Shown: piece after piece, positions 33,358 through 45,585 of the stretch | Layout of the letters: each line of letters opens with the position of its first letter | Numbering within the stretch: the stretch's first letter is position 1 | Assembly: GCA_014905635.1 (NCBI GenBank) | Contig: JABVCE010000010.1 | Coordinates: 620,001 to 684,000 of the forward strand | Length of the DNA stretch: 64,000 nt | Source of the DNA: Scenedesmus sp. PABB004 | Lineage: Eukaryota | Direction: 5' to 3' | Translations under genes and position numbers: made by a program | Notes under the pieces: generated by a model | Databases searched by the model: none | Told to the model about the DNA's origin: nothing | Seen by the model: only the letters and a program-made list of their open reading frames with translations

Positions 33358-36300
33358 TCACGGCACCGCGCCCCCGCCCGCGCCAGCGCCGCCGCCGCCG
33401 CCGCCCCCGCCCCCGCCCGCGCCGCCCGCCGCGGGCACCAGGTACGCAAGCCCCAGCTGCGCGAGCGCGGCGCGCACCGCCTCGGCGGCGGGGCCGCCCG
33501 GGTCGCGCAGCTCGCCCGCGAGCGAGAGCAGCGGCCCGACCGCGTCGGCGAGGAAGAGCTGGCGCTTGACGTTGGCGTTGATGGCGAGCACCGTGATGAG
33601 GTTGGTCGCGAGCACCTTGGAGCGCAGCAGCAGCTCCCGCGGGCCCGCGCCGCCGCCGCCGGCGGCCGCCACGCGGCTGCTGGCGCGCCCGAGGCCGCGG
33701 CCGCGGCCCGCCGCCGCGGCGGCGCCGCTCGGCGGCGGCGCGCCCGCCGCCGCGCCGGCGCGGCGGCGGCGCGGGCCCGGGGCCCTGCCGCAGCACGCCG
33801 ACAATGACCGGGATGATGGCCGCCGCGAGCAGCACGCGCCGGTGGCACAGGCTCAGGCTGTCCAGCAGCGCGAGCAGCTCGACCTGCAGCACCAGCCGCG
33901 CGTGCGCCGACGCGCCGCCGCCGCCCGCCGCCGTGTCCTCGCCGCCGCCGCCGCCGCCGTCCGCGCCGCCGGCCAGCGCCGCGACGACCGCGCTGAGCTG
34001 CGACACGACCTGGCCGAGGCCGTCCGCCGCGAGGAACGCCTCGGCGAGGCGCGCGTCGAGCTCCACGCAGCAGCGCAGCAGGCGCACCGCCGCGCGCTGC
34101 ACGGCGCGCGCGCGCGCGCCGCCGGTGCCGTCCGGCGGCGGCGGCTTCAGCGCGCCGCCGCCGCCGCCGCCGCCGGGGCCCAGCCGCATGTTGAGGCAGG
34201 CGAGGCAGAGGCCCAGAAGCTCGGAGCGCTCGGCATCGGAGGCGAGGCCCCCCAGCGCGGCGCCGTCGACCGCGCCGGCGTCCAGCAGCGCGGTGAGCAC
34301 GGCAGCAGCCGCCGCCGCGTCGTCGTCGGGGGCCGCCGCGCCGGCGCCGGGCGCCGCCGCCGGGCAGGCGCGGCCGCTCAACCAGCGCGCGAGCGGCAGC
34401 AGCACCGGCTCGCGCGCTGCCGCCGCGCACAGCTGGCGGTCGCCCGTGCTCGTCAGCGCCGCGAGCGTGGCGAGCGCGGTGGCGCGCGTGCGCGCGGCCG
34501 CGCCGGCGTCGTCGCATTCAAAGCCCAGCAGCATGCGCAGCACGCCGGCGGCGACGCCCGCGGCGTGCAGCTGCTCGGGGCACGCCGCGCCAAGCTCGGC
34601 CGCCAGGCGCAGCGTCGCGCGCGCCGCGACCGCGCCGGCGGCGTTTGGCTGCACCTCGGCCATGCACTCGGCCAACGTCCGCGCCACGCCGTGCTCCAGC
34701 ATCGCCGCGCCGCACACGTCCGGGCTGGCGGCCGCGAGCGCGGCGAGCAGCTCGGCCGCGGCGGTCGCCGCCCACTGCTCGCCCAGGAGCGTGACGAGCA
34801 GGAGCATGGGGCTGCCAGGATCTTCCACCGGCTCGCCCGGCGCGGCGCCCGCCGAGGTCGTGGAGGGCGCGCGCGGTGCAAACGGCGCCCACGGCGCCGC
34901 CGCCGCGGCGTCTGCGCCGGACGGCGCCGCCTGCGCCTGCGCCCTGTCCTTGGCCGCCGGCGCCTGGTGGGCGGCGGGCTTTGCCTGCGGCCCGGCAGCC
35001 GCCTTGCCCCCGAGCCCCAGGCGCGACAGCAGCCCCGTGCTGCTGCTGCGCACGAGGCTGGCGCCGCCGGCGCCGCCGCTGCCGCCGCCCCCACTGCCGC
35101 CACCGCCGCTGCCGCCACCGCCGCTGCCGCCGCCCAGCACGCTGGCGTTGCCCAGGCTGCTGCTGAGCACGGGCGCATGCACCGCGACAAAGCTGCCGCC
35201 GCCGCTGCTGCTGCTGCTGCTCGCGAAGCTGAGCGGCGTGGCGGGGAGGTGCCGTGGGCTCTGCGGCAGCGGCGTCGGCACGGCGCGCGGGCCGCCAGCC
35301 GCGCGGGGGCTGTCGGCCGCGCCGCCACTAAACAGCGAGGCCGCGGCGCCGGCGAGCGAGGTGCCGCCGCTGCCCTGCCTGCCGACGCGCATCGCAAGCA
35401 CGCCGCCCGCCGCGGCGGCCTGATACGCGGCCTCCAGCTGCGCGGCCACCGCCGCGGCCGCGGGCGAGCAGCTGCACAGGTGCGCGAGCGCTTCCAAGGC
35501 GCTCTGCGTCTGCTGCAGCGAGGGCAGGCTCTCGTCCAGCAGCGCCAGCAGGTGCGGCGCGAGGCTGCTGCCCTGCTTTGCCCCGGGGCCGAGCGGCGGC
35601 TGCTCGCCGGCGATCGGGAAGCTGCGGAGGCCCTGCCGCCACTGCAGCGGCGGCGGCTGCTGCTGCTGCTGCTGCGGCTGCTGCTGCTGCTGCTGCTGCT
35701 TCTGCTGCTTCTGCGGCTCGTCGGCGTCGCTGCCGCCCTCCGCTGTCGCTGCCTGGATGAGCTGCGTGAGCGCCACCGCCAGCAGCGACCGCCCGGTGGG
35801 CAGCCAGGCCCACAGCACCTGCACCCAGCCCTGCGCGATCATCGACTCGAGCAGCGCTGGCTCGCGGTGCGCCGCCAGCGCCGCCACAAGTGAGAGCAGC
35901 TGCTCATGCAGGCTCGCCACGTGGTGCGCCGGGCTGAGCAGCAGCTGCTGCAGCAGCCACAGCAGCGCGGCCACCGCGCCAGGCCCGTCCCGCGCCGCCG
36001 CGGCGCCGCCGCCGGCCGCGTCGCCGCCGCAGCCGCTGCCGCGGCGCAGGGCCGGCACGAGCTGGCCCAGGTCGCCAAACGCGGCCGCCGCGGCTGCGGG
36101 GTGCTTCCAGACAAAGCTGGGGCTGCTCATGATCGCAGCTGCTGCCGCAGGCGACGGCCCCGGCGCCGCGCCGCCCGCCGCGCCCGTCAGTGCCGCCGAC
36201 AGCTGCGACTGCGGCCGCCCGTCGCCGGGCTGCGACTGCGCCGGCGGCTGCGCGTCGCCCGCGCACGTCGCGCGGGCCACCAGGATCTCTGGGCTGGTGG

Positions 36301-37925
36301 CGACCTCGCCCAGCAGCGTCACCGCGAGCTGGACCTCCAGCACGCTGCTCTGCGGCCCGGGCGCGCCGCCGCCGCCGCCGACGCCCGCCAGCACCGCGGC
36401 GCACTGCGGCAGGAGGCCCAGGCGCAGCAGCTGGCGCTGCAGCTCGGCGTGCTGCGTGGGCGGCTGCGCCTGGCGACTCGCCGCCAGCAGGCGCGCCAGC
36501 ACTGACATCGCCCGCTTCCGCGTCTTGCGGTCTGCCGGCCCGCAGCAGCGCTGCACCAGCACCGCCAGCAGCTGCGGCGCAACGCCGGCGCCTGCGGCCC
36601 ACACCGACAGGACGCTGGCCGCGTCGGTGGCGGCGCCGCCGCCGCCGCTGCCCGGCGCGGCGCCGCCCTTGGTGGCCTTGGCCAGCAGCCGGCACAGCTG
36701 CTGCTCCGGGCAGGCGTGCGCGGCCTGCTCGAGCGCAGCGAGGCCGTCGCAGTTGATGAGCGCGCGCCGGCCCTCCGGCAGCGACGCCAGCTCGCCCATC
36801 AGCTGCAGCGCGCCGCCCGCGCAGACGGCGGAGCCGCGCAGCAGCTGCGCCAGCCCCGGCATCACACCCGCCGCGAGCAGCTCCGACGCGAGCTTGGGGT
36901 CGCCGTGCACCAGCGTCGCCAGCGCCGTGAGCGCCGCCTGTGCTGCGGCCACCTGCGGCGGCGGCGCCTCTGGCTGCTGCTGCTGCTGCTGCCGCGATGC
37001 GGCGCGCGACGGCGCCGGCGCCGCCGGGCCGCCTGCCTCGCCGCCGGCGCCCCGCAGCAGCCCAACCAGGCGGGCGATGCCGCCCGCCGTGACGATGCGC
37101 GCGCGGTTCGCTGGCGCCGCCGCGAGCAGCGCGACCAGCTCGGCCGCCGCGGCCGCCGCCTCGGGGCGGGCCGGGTCGAGCAGCCCGCACAGCGGCTCCG
37201 CCACGCGCGCGCCGATGCGCTCCGCCGCGTCGCCGCCGCCGCTCGCCGCGTGCAGCAGGTGCTGCGTGGCGCGCAGCGCGATCAGGCACGTCGTGCTGCC
37301 CGGCGCGGCCTGCATGTCCTCTGTGAGCAGGTCGACCACCCGGAACGCGCTGCCCGCGTGGCTGAGCACCTCGGGCGACCACGCCGACTCGCAGGAGAGC
37401 TGCCACAGCGCGCGCGCGGCCGCGTCGCGCACGTCGGCGCCGCCCTGCGGCGCGCGCGGCGCCGCGTCAGCGGGCGGCGCGTCAGCGGGCGGCGCGTCAG
37501 CGGGCGGCGCGTCAGCGGGCGGCGCGTCCGCTGCCGCTGCCGCCGCCCGGGCGCTCGCCGCTGCCGGGCCGCACCTGGCAGGCCATGCCCATGAGCCGGC
37601 CGACGACGCTGGGCGGGCTGAGGACGAGCCAGCAGGCGCGGCTGCTGCAGAGGGCGCACAGCAGGTCGGCCGCGCGCTGCTTGGCGGGCGGCTGGGTGCG
37701 GCCCGACGCCATGAGACAGAGCAGCGCCTCGAGCACCGCCGACGGCCCCGCCGCCAGCGCGGCCTCCGCGAGCTCAGCCGCGCGCTCGCGCGCCAGGCCC
37801 GACAGCGCCGCCAGCGCGGCCTCCTTGGCCCGCCACGGCGCGGGGCCGGCCAGCTGGCCGAGGGCGGCGAGCGCCTGGCCCTCGGCGGCCTCGTCGAACG
37901 GGGGCGCCGCGGCGGCGGGGGCCAT
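33358..37925 (-). CDS. Large armadillo/HEAT-repeat protein. Exon 37925-37575, then 37444-33358 with an apparent frameshift near 33770
   Basis: ARM-like helical repeats (NRARIVTAGGIARLVGLL; ELLAAGVMPGLAQLL; LHAAGVAAGVLRMLL; KRQLFLADAVGPLLSL). The intron holds four copies of a 15-bp repeat (gtcagcgggcggcgc). Confidence 0.75.
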
Positions 37926-38364
37926 CGCGCAGCACCTGCTGCTGCCGCTGCCGCGTCCGTTGAGCAGAGCTACGGCCTTGAGCAGGGGGGCGGGCGCGCC
38001 GGCACTGCGGCCCGCCGCCGCTCAGGAGGGCCGTGGCGGCAGCGACGGCGGCGCGGCCATCACATAACGGCCAGAGAGAGGCGGCGAGGGGCGGGCGGCG
38101 GCGGCGGGCCAGCCGCACATGCGTCTGCTGGAGCGGGGAGTCGGGGACAGGCGGCGCCAGCGAGTCTCGCCGCTTGTCCAGCAAAAAGAGACCGAAATGA
38201 CAAGTTGTTGCGGCAGCACCTTCGCGCGCCGCGCCCGCCGCGCGCCAGGACCCGGCCGGGAGGCACGAGAACCGAACTCCGCGCCTGTCTTCGACCGCGC
38301 ACGCCCGCACACCCGGCGCTGCGCTGGCGGTGCCGCGGCGCTGCGCGTGTGGGCGCCGTTGACG

Positions 38365-41300
38365 ATGGGCGAGACCGGGCACGCGTCGGCGCCCTGGTAC
38401 ATCAACGCCATATGCACTGCGGCGTGAGCAGCTGCGCGACGCGGGCCACCGGCGCCAGCGATGGCCGCGCGCGCTGCACCAGGCGCGCGGCCCCGGCCTG
38501 GGCGGCCTCCCGCCCCCCTCACGCGCGACCGCCGGCGCACAGGCTGTCCGTGGTCATCTTCTGCGGCCGCATACGGGACCTGTTCTGGCGCCGCCCGCAG
38601 ACGCGCAAGGTGCACGGCGCGCGCACGCGGCGGCGCTCGCGCACGCGCGCTCGCCGGCCGCCCCGCTGCGGAAGGCCGCGCGGACCGGCCTCCCTGGAGG
38701 GCAGCAGCGGCCCCCTTGCGGCCGCGCGGCCCGCGGGCGCGGGCGCCGACGCCGCGGCGCGCCGCTGCGGCCGCGCGGCGCCGCGCCGCGCAGGGCTACG
38801 CGGACCTGTCGGACCAGCGGGAGGACTTTTACAACCGGCGCATGTACCGCCGCATCCACGTGAGGCGCAGCGGCGGCCCGCGCGCCGCGGGGGCGCCGCG
38901 CGGCGGTTGTTGGGCGGGCGCCGCCGGCGGCGCCCGCGCCCCGCGCCCGCCGCGCCCGCCCGCGCCGACGCGCCGGCGCCGCGCGACCGTGCGCGCGCGC
39001 CGCAGGACTGCTGGAACCGGCCGATCAGCAGCGCGCCGGGGGCGTGGATTGACGTCATGGAGCGCGTCGACATCGACGGCCGCGCGTGAGCCCCGCCCGC
39101 GCCGGCAGCGCCCCGCGGCGCCCGCGCCGGCAGCGCCCCGCGGCGCCCGCGGCGGCCGCGGCGGCAGCGCCCGCGCGCCCGCCCAGCGCCCTCCGCCGCC
39201 GCCGCCGCCGCCGGCGCAGCATGCGCGTCGACCCGGACGTGACGGGGCGGACGCAGCGCTGCCTCAACCTGGGGTCGTACAACTACCTGGGTTTTGCCGC
39301 GGCGGACGAGTACTGCACCCCGCGCGTGCTCGACACGCTGCAGGACTGGGGCGTCGCGACGTGCAGCCCGCGCTCGGAAGCGGGTGCGGCGGCGGCGGGG
39401 GGACGGCAGGGCGCGCGGCGGGGGACGCGGCGGCGCCGCGGGGTGGGGCGCGGTGCTGCGCCGCCGCCACGGCGTGGCGAGGCCGCCGCTCGCCGCTCGC
39501 CGCCGGCAGGCACGTGCGCGCTGCACGGCGAGCTGGAGGCGCTCGTGGCGGACTTTTTGGGCAAGGAGGACGCCATCACCTTTGGCATGGGTGCGCCCGT
39601 CTGACTGGCGGCGGCGCTGCGGCGTGCGCAGCGCTGCGCGGCGCAGCCGCCGCGACGCCCCCCCCTTCTGCCGCCCACGCCGCGCCTCCCCGCGCGGTCG
39701 CGCAGGCTTTGCCACCAACGCGGCGGCCATCCCCGCGCTCGCCGGCCCGGGCAGCCTGGTGCTGTCGGACGCGCTCAACCACACGAGCATCGTCGCCGGC
39801 GTCAAGGCGAGCGGCGCGGTGGTCAAGGTGTTCCGGCACAACGACATGGCCCATCTGGAGAAGCTGCTGCGCTGGCACATCGCCGAGGGCCAGCCGCGCA
39901 CGCACCGGCCGTGGAAAAAGGTGCGCGCCGCGCCGGCCGCGCGGCGGCGGTCGCGCGGCGGCGGTCGCGCGGCGGCGGCAGCGGTGGTCGCTGGGGCTGT
40001 GGGCAGTCGCTGGCCTCTGCGCCCGCGCTCTCGCACGCCCGCCCGCCCGCCTCCCGCCTCCCGGCGCCGCGCGCGCTCAGGTCATCATCGTGGTAGAGGG
40101 CATCTACAGCATGGAGGGCGAGACCACGCTGCTGCGCGAGCTGGTGCGCGCCGCGGCCGCCGCCGCCGCGCGCGGCCACGCTCGGGCCCGGCGAGGCTCC
40201 CGCCCAGCCGCGCGCGTCCAGTTTGGTCAATCCCCCAACTCGATCCGCCCGTCAATTGCCGTCTTCATTCTTGCCTTGTTCATGAATGAATGACATTGCC
40301 TTGTTCATAAATGCATAACATTGCCTTGTTCATAAATGAATAACATTGCCTTGTTCATAAATGAATACATTGCCTTGTTCATAAATGAATAACATTGCCC
40401 AACAACCTGACTAACCTTGCCCTGCTCGCTCACTTGCCCCCGTCTCCCCGCCAGGTCGAGGTGAAGAAGAAGTACAAGGCCTACCTCTACCTCGACGAGG
40501 CGCACTCCATCGGCTGCATGGGCGCGCACGGGCGCGGGCTGTGCGAGCACGCGGGCGTCGACCCCGCCGACGTCGACGTGCTCATGGGTGCGCACCCCCG
40601 CGCCCGCGCCCGCCGCCTGCCCGCCGCCGCCCCGCCGCCCTGCCCGCCGGCGTTGACGCGTGCGCCCGCCCGCGCGCCCGCCGCCGCCAGGCACGTTCAC
40701 CAAGTCGTTTGGCAGCGCGGGCGGCTACATCGCGGGCAGCCGGACGCTCGTTGCGTACCTGCGGCGCCACTGCCCGGCGCACCTCTACGCGAGCAGCATG
40801 GCCCCCGGCGTCGCGCAGCAGATCATGAGCGCGATACGCCTGCTCCAGGGCGCCGACGGCAGCGGCCGCGGCGCGGCCAAGATCAAGCAGCTGCACGACA
40901 ACGCCAACTACTTCAGGCGCGCGCCCCGCGCCCCGCGCCCCGCGACACGCGCCCCGCGCCCCGCGCCCCGCGCCCCGCGCCCCGCGCCCCGCGCCCCGCG
41001 CCCCGCCGCCGCCCGCCTGCCCCCTGCCCGCCTGCCTGCCTGCGCGGCCGCCCGCCCCCCTCTCACCCCACCACCACCACACGCACACGCGCACGCACAC
41101 CGCCCGGCCGCCCCGCCGCGCACCCGCGCGCAGGCGGCGCCTGCTGGAGCTGGGCCTGCACGTGCTGGGCGACTGGGACTCGCCGGTCATGCCGATCATG
41201 GTGTACCACCTCTGCTACATCAGCGGCATCAGCCGGCGCTGCCTCGCGCGCCATGTCGCGATGGTCGTCGTCGGCTTCCCCGCGACCGCGCTGCTGCAGA

Positions 41301-41635
41301 GCCGCTGCCGCGTGTGCATCAGCGCGAGCCACAGCCGCGCCGACCTGGACTACGCGCTCGACGTCATCGCCGATGTCACGCGCAGCATGGCGCTGCGCTA
41401 CGACGCGCCGCAGCTGCCCTGGCCCTGGTGCTGGCTCGCGCTCGCGCTGTGGCCGCGCGCGCGCGGCGGCGCGGGCGGCGGCGGCGCCCCCGGCGCCGCG
41501 TGCAAGGGCGCGGCGGGCAAGGGCGGCGAGGCGCGCGCGAGCTGGCGCGCGCTCGGCGAGGTGCTGCTGGGCGTCGTCGGCGGCAGCGGCGCGCCGCTGG
41601 GCAAGGGCCAGCCGCTGGTGACGGCTGCGGCGTGA
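38365..41635 (+). CDS. LCB2: Serine palmitoyltransferase catalytic subunit (long-chain base biosynthesis protein 2)
   Basis: [70 protein letters not shown] lysine motif GTFTKSFG; about 11 exons. Confidence 0.95.
40271..40399 (+). repeat. AT-rich 25-bp minisatellite (5 copies, TTGCCTTGTTCATAAATGAATAACA) inside an LCB2 intron
   Basis: Five tandem units with a few substitutions and one 1-bp deletion; strongly AT-rich relative to the flanks. Confidence 0.9.
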
Positions 41636-41909
41636 GCGCCGCCTCGGCTCGTGAGCGCGTGCGAGTGATCCCTCCCCCCTGTAACTCTCTCCTGCCGCGT
41701 GGTGCGTTGTCCCCCATTACTCTCCTCGTCCGATCCAGAGGCGGCGCACGCAGCTGCTGGCCAATCGACCAGCAGCTGAGTCGCGACTCAGCTCCCCCCT
41801 GCAGCGCTGCCTCGACGCGCGGGCCAGCCCAGCGCCAGCGCTGGCGCAGGCCGCCTCCACACGCCGGCCCCCTTGCGGGGTCGCGCCGCGCGCGCGCGCG
41901 CCCCTGCCC

Positions 41910-44853
41910 TCACAGCGGCGCGCCGGCGCAGGCGGTGTTGTCGACCAGGCTGAGCTCCCACGGCGCGATGCCTGCACGCGCGAGCGCGCCGTGCACGCGC
42001 GCCGTGTGCACCGCCGGCCACGCGCCGTCGGGCGTCGCGAGCACCGCGCCGCTGTAGCTCAGCCCTGCGGCCGCCGCGGCGCCGGAGTAATAGAAGAGGC
42101 AGAAGGACAGATCCTCGGCGCAGTCGAGGATGCGCCAAAACTGCGCACGAGCGCAGGTACGCGCGGCGGGCGCGGGTGCGGCGGGTGCGGCGCGTCAGGC
42201 GCCGCCGGGGGCTCGCGCGGCGCAAGCGGTGGCGGCGGCGCGGCGGCGCGGCGCGCCTCGTTGCTCGTGACGCCGTTGTCCAGCACCGAATAGTTGAACG
42301 TGCCCGGCACGCTGCCGCGGCGTACGCGGTAGCGGCGCCGCCGCCACACCTGCGCACGCGGCGTCACGCGGCGGGCCGGCGTCACGCGGCGGCGGCGGCG
42401 CTCGCCGACGGCTGCCGACGGGCCGCGCGGCGCCGCGCCGGCAGGGGCGGGGCGGGGTGCCGCAGCGGTCGCGCAGCGCGCGATGGCGGGCCCGCCAGGG
42501 GCCGAAACGCGCAGCGCGCGCCTGCCGGCCGTCGAGCGTGACCGCCTTGAAGACCGGCTCGTACCACATCTGGCCCTTGCCCTTGCCGTAGGAGTAGAGC
42601 TGGTGCTGGCAGGGAAAGTAGTCGTACGCTGGCGGCGGCCGCGGCGGCGGCGGTGCGGCGGCGCGGCGCATGGGCGCCCCGCGGCGCGCGCCGGGCGCCT
42701 GCGCGCGCGGGCCCCGCCCGCACCCGGGTTCTTGCCGGCGGCGACGAGCCACGACCAGGGCTTAAGCGCGCCCGCGCCCGCGCCCGGCGGCAGCTGCGGC
42801 CCCGCCTCGCGCCAGCCGATGAAGAGCGCCTCGGCCGCCTCGTGCGTGAGCGGCGCGCCGCGGAAGCTGCCCATCGGCGCGGGGTCGGGCAGCGCCGGCG
42901 GCTGCGCATTGAGGCCGCGGCAGTTGTGGAGCTGCAGAATGCAGAGCGCAAAGTCGGAAAACTTGGGCGTCTCGTGCGACACGATGCAGCGATACTGGCA
43001 GACCTGCAGCGCGGCAGCGCGGCGCGGGGCGCAGCTTGGCGGCGGTGCGCGCGCGGCGGCGCGCGGCGCGGCCCGGGGCCGTGCGCCGCGTGCCTGGTCG
43101 TTGAAGGAGCAGCCCTGCAGGCAGTCGAGGCCGGCCTTGCAGGTGGGGTCGCTCACGCAGTCAGCAATCTTGGGGCCGCAGTGCCGGACCATGCACAGCA
43201 GCGACGACAGGTCCGTCCCCTTGGTCGTGTTGGCCACGTCGGGGACGGGCGTGAAGTACTGATTGATCAGCACAAGCCACGTAAACAGAAGGTCGTCTGG
43301 GCGGCGCGGGGCGGGCGCAGGCCGGGGCGGGCGCAGGCCGGGTCGGGCGCAGGCGGGGTCGGGCGACGCGAGCGCGGCGCTGGGGCGGCCGCGGGGGCGC
43401 GCGCGGCGCGCGCACCCGACGTGTGGCGGTCCCACAGCGTGCGCAGCGTGCCCAGCACGCCCGCGGCGCGCGCCTCGGCGCTGAAGCCGACGCGCGCCGC
43501 GAGCGCGCGCGCGAGCGGCCCCGCCGTCGCGGGCGCGAAGCCGTCGACGCGCGTCGCGTCGTTCAGCGCCGGCGCCGACTCCCAGAACAGCGCGGTCGGC
43601 AGCGCGGCCGTCGCGGAGGCCAGGAACTCGGCCACGCCCGGGTCGGTGACGCCGACGGCGACGAAGAGCGGCAGCCGCCGCGCCGCGCCGGCGCCGCCGC
43701 CCGTGGGCTCCGCGAGGCCGGCCGCGAGCGCGTCGCGCGCGGCGGGGTCGGCCGCGAGCGCCGCCGCGTCGACCACGGTGAGAGCAAAGCGCGCGTCGCT
43801 CCACGCGAGGCGGCGCGCCATGTGCGCCGCGACCTCGCCCCACGGCGCGCCGCGGTAGGGGCTTGCCGCCGACGCGTCCACCACGGCGTACATGCGGATC
43901 GCCTCGCCGCGCGGCGCCGCTCCCGGCGGCGGCGGCATCTGCGCGGCTAGCGCCGCCGCCTCGCCCGGCGCGTACGAGTCCCAGCCCCCCGCCGCCGCCG
44001 CCGCGGCGCCCACCGCGGCGGCCAGCGGCGCCGCGCCGCCGCCGGGCTGCCGGCCGCCGCCGCCGCCGTGCATCGACAGGGGCCAGGCCGAGCGCTGTGC
44101 AGCGGCGCCGCGGCCGCCCGCCGCCGCGCGCGCCCCGCCAGCCGCTGTGGCGCGCCGGCGCAGCCACGCGCCGGGTGCCGCCGCTCGGAACGCCAAGCCA
44201 GCGAGGCCGCTGCCCAGGCCGCGGCCGAGGCTGCCGCCCAGGCCGTGCGCACCGCTGGTGGCGGCCGGGCCCGCGCGCGGCGCACGGCCGGCCAGGAGGA
44301 GCGCCGCGCCCACGCCGAGCAGCGCCAGCAGCGCCAGCGCGCGCGCCAGGCTCCCCGGCAGCCGCACCGCACGCCGCGGCGGCGGCGGCGCGGCGGCGGG
44401 CGCCGCGGCCGGTCGTGCGTCGGCGGCAGGCGCCAGCTGCTGACGGGCCCCGCCGCCGTCGGCGCTGCCGCGGCCGCGGCGGCGCCGCGTGCGCGGCACG
44501 CGCACGTCCTGCTGTGCAGCAGCCCGCGCCGCGGCCGTGGCGATCGGCGCCGGGCTGGTCAGGTCCTCCCTCTCAGAGTCGCTGGCGTCACTCAGCTCCA
44601 CCGCGTGCGACGCCAGCCCGCGGACGACGAGCATCGGCGCCGCTGCCGCCGCCGGCCGCTGCGGCGGAGCCCAGGCGACACGATCGGGAGCCGGCGATGG
44701 CGCATAAGTAGGTGTCTCGCTCCGAAGTGACGTGGGAGCGCGGGGAGCGTCCACGGGCCGCGGGCGTGCCGGGTGCGGGATGCTGCCCGCGGTGCTGCGG
44801 GCTCCCGGCACGGCACGAGAGCCCGCCCGGCGCGACAGCCCGCCCGCGAGCAT
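41910..44853 (-). CDS. VDR: Violaxanthin de-epoxidase-related protein (VDR); start codon uncertain (44853 or 44073)
   Basis: WGEVAAHMARRLAW, LWDRHTS|DDLLFTWLVLIN, Cys-rich CMVRHCGPKIADCVSDPTCKAGLDCLQGC..DQ|VCQYRCIVS, lipocalin part AGKNP|AYDYFPCQHQLY..WYEPVFK..VWRRRRYRVRR..DNGVTSNE|FWRILD..SYSGAVLATPDG. Confidence 0.88.
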
Positions 44854-45585
44854 GGCGGGGGCGCTGCCAGGAACAACGGGACGAGACGCCGGGGCGCAGT
44901 CAGGCCGCGCTGGGCAGGGACCGGCGAGAGCACCGCTGCTGCTGGAGCCGCTGCCGTGCGAGCGGCGGCGCGCGGCCGCGTTGCTGGGTCGATCGATGGA
45001 GGTGCAGCAGCAGCGGTTGCACACGCGCACACACTCCCGAGCTCTCCACACGCGGTTTTGCAGCCGCCGCGACACGCACGCTCTGCTCTGCTTATGATGA
45101 TCCCCTCTGACCGGCGCGTGCGCGTGCGCCGGCGGCATGCGCCGCCGCCGCTGCGCGCGCGCGGGAAACACACGCTCCCGAGCCGCGCTGCTTCACAGCG
45201 CGCGGGCCGTCTCCGTCATCATCCTAGGATGAACAACACGTGGCGCCACGTGGCCGAAACAAGCAATGCGCAGTGCCCCGCCCGTCTTTTGTACACCCAG
45301 CCAGCCAGCCAGGAGATGCGCTCCCACTCGACGGCCCCCGTGACCGGGGTCAACAGCGGCACCAGCAGCAAACGTAGAGCGCGGCGCACGGCGCGCGCGC
45401 GGCACTCCCCAGTCGACGCCTCCCCGCCGGCGCCCGGCAGCGGGCCCGGCGGCGCTCACCACGACACAGCACGCCGGTCGGCACGCGCGGCTCACTGCAG
45501 CAGCACCTCAGCTCGCAGCGCTGCCAGGCACAAGGATAGCGCAGCCCGACCCCACACGACTCTAGCGCAGCCCCGGCGCGCGAGC

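Noticed and set aside
7223..39089. Many very long Arg/Ala/Pro-rich ORFs (e.g. 11200-15165, 32933-35893, 35757-39089)
   Set aside because: Stop codons are scarce at this GC content; these ORFs overlap better-supported spliced genes and lack domains.
40919..41003. (CGCCCCG)n run, and similar 12-15-bp intronic repeats at 37466-37528 and 46718-46780
   Set aside because: Simple slippage repeats within GC-rich introns; no sign of function.
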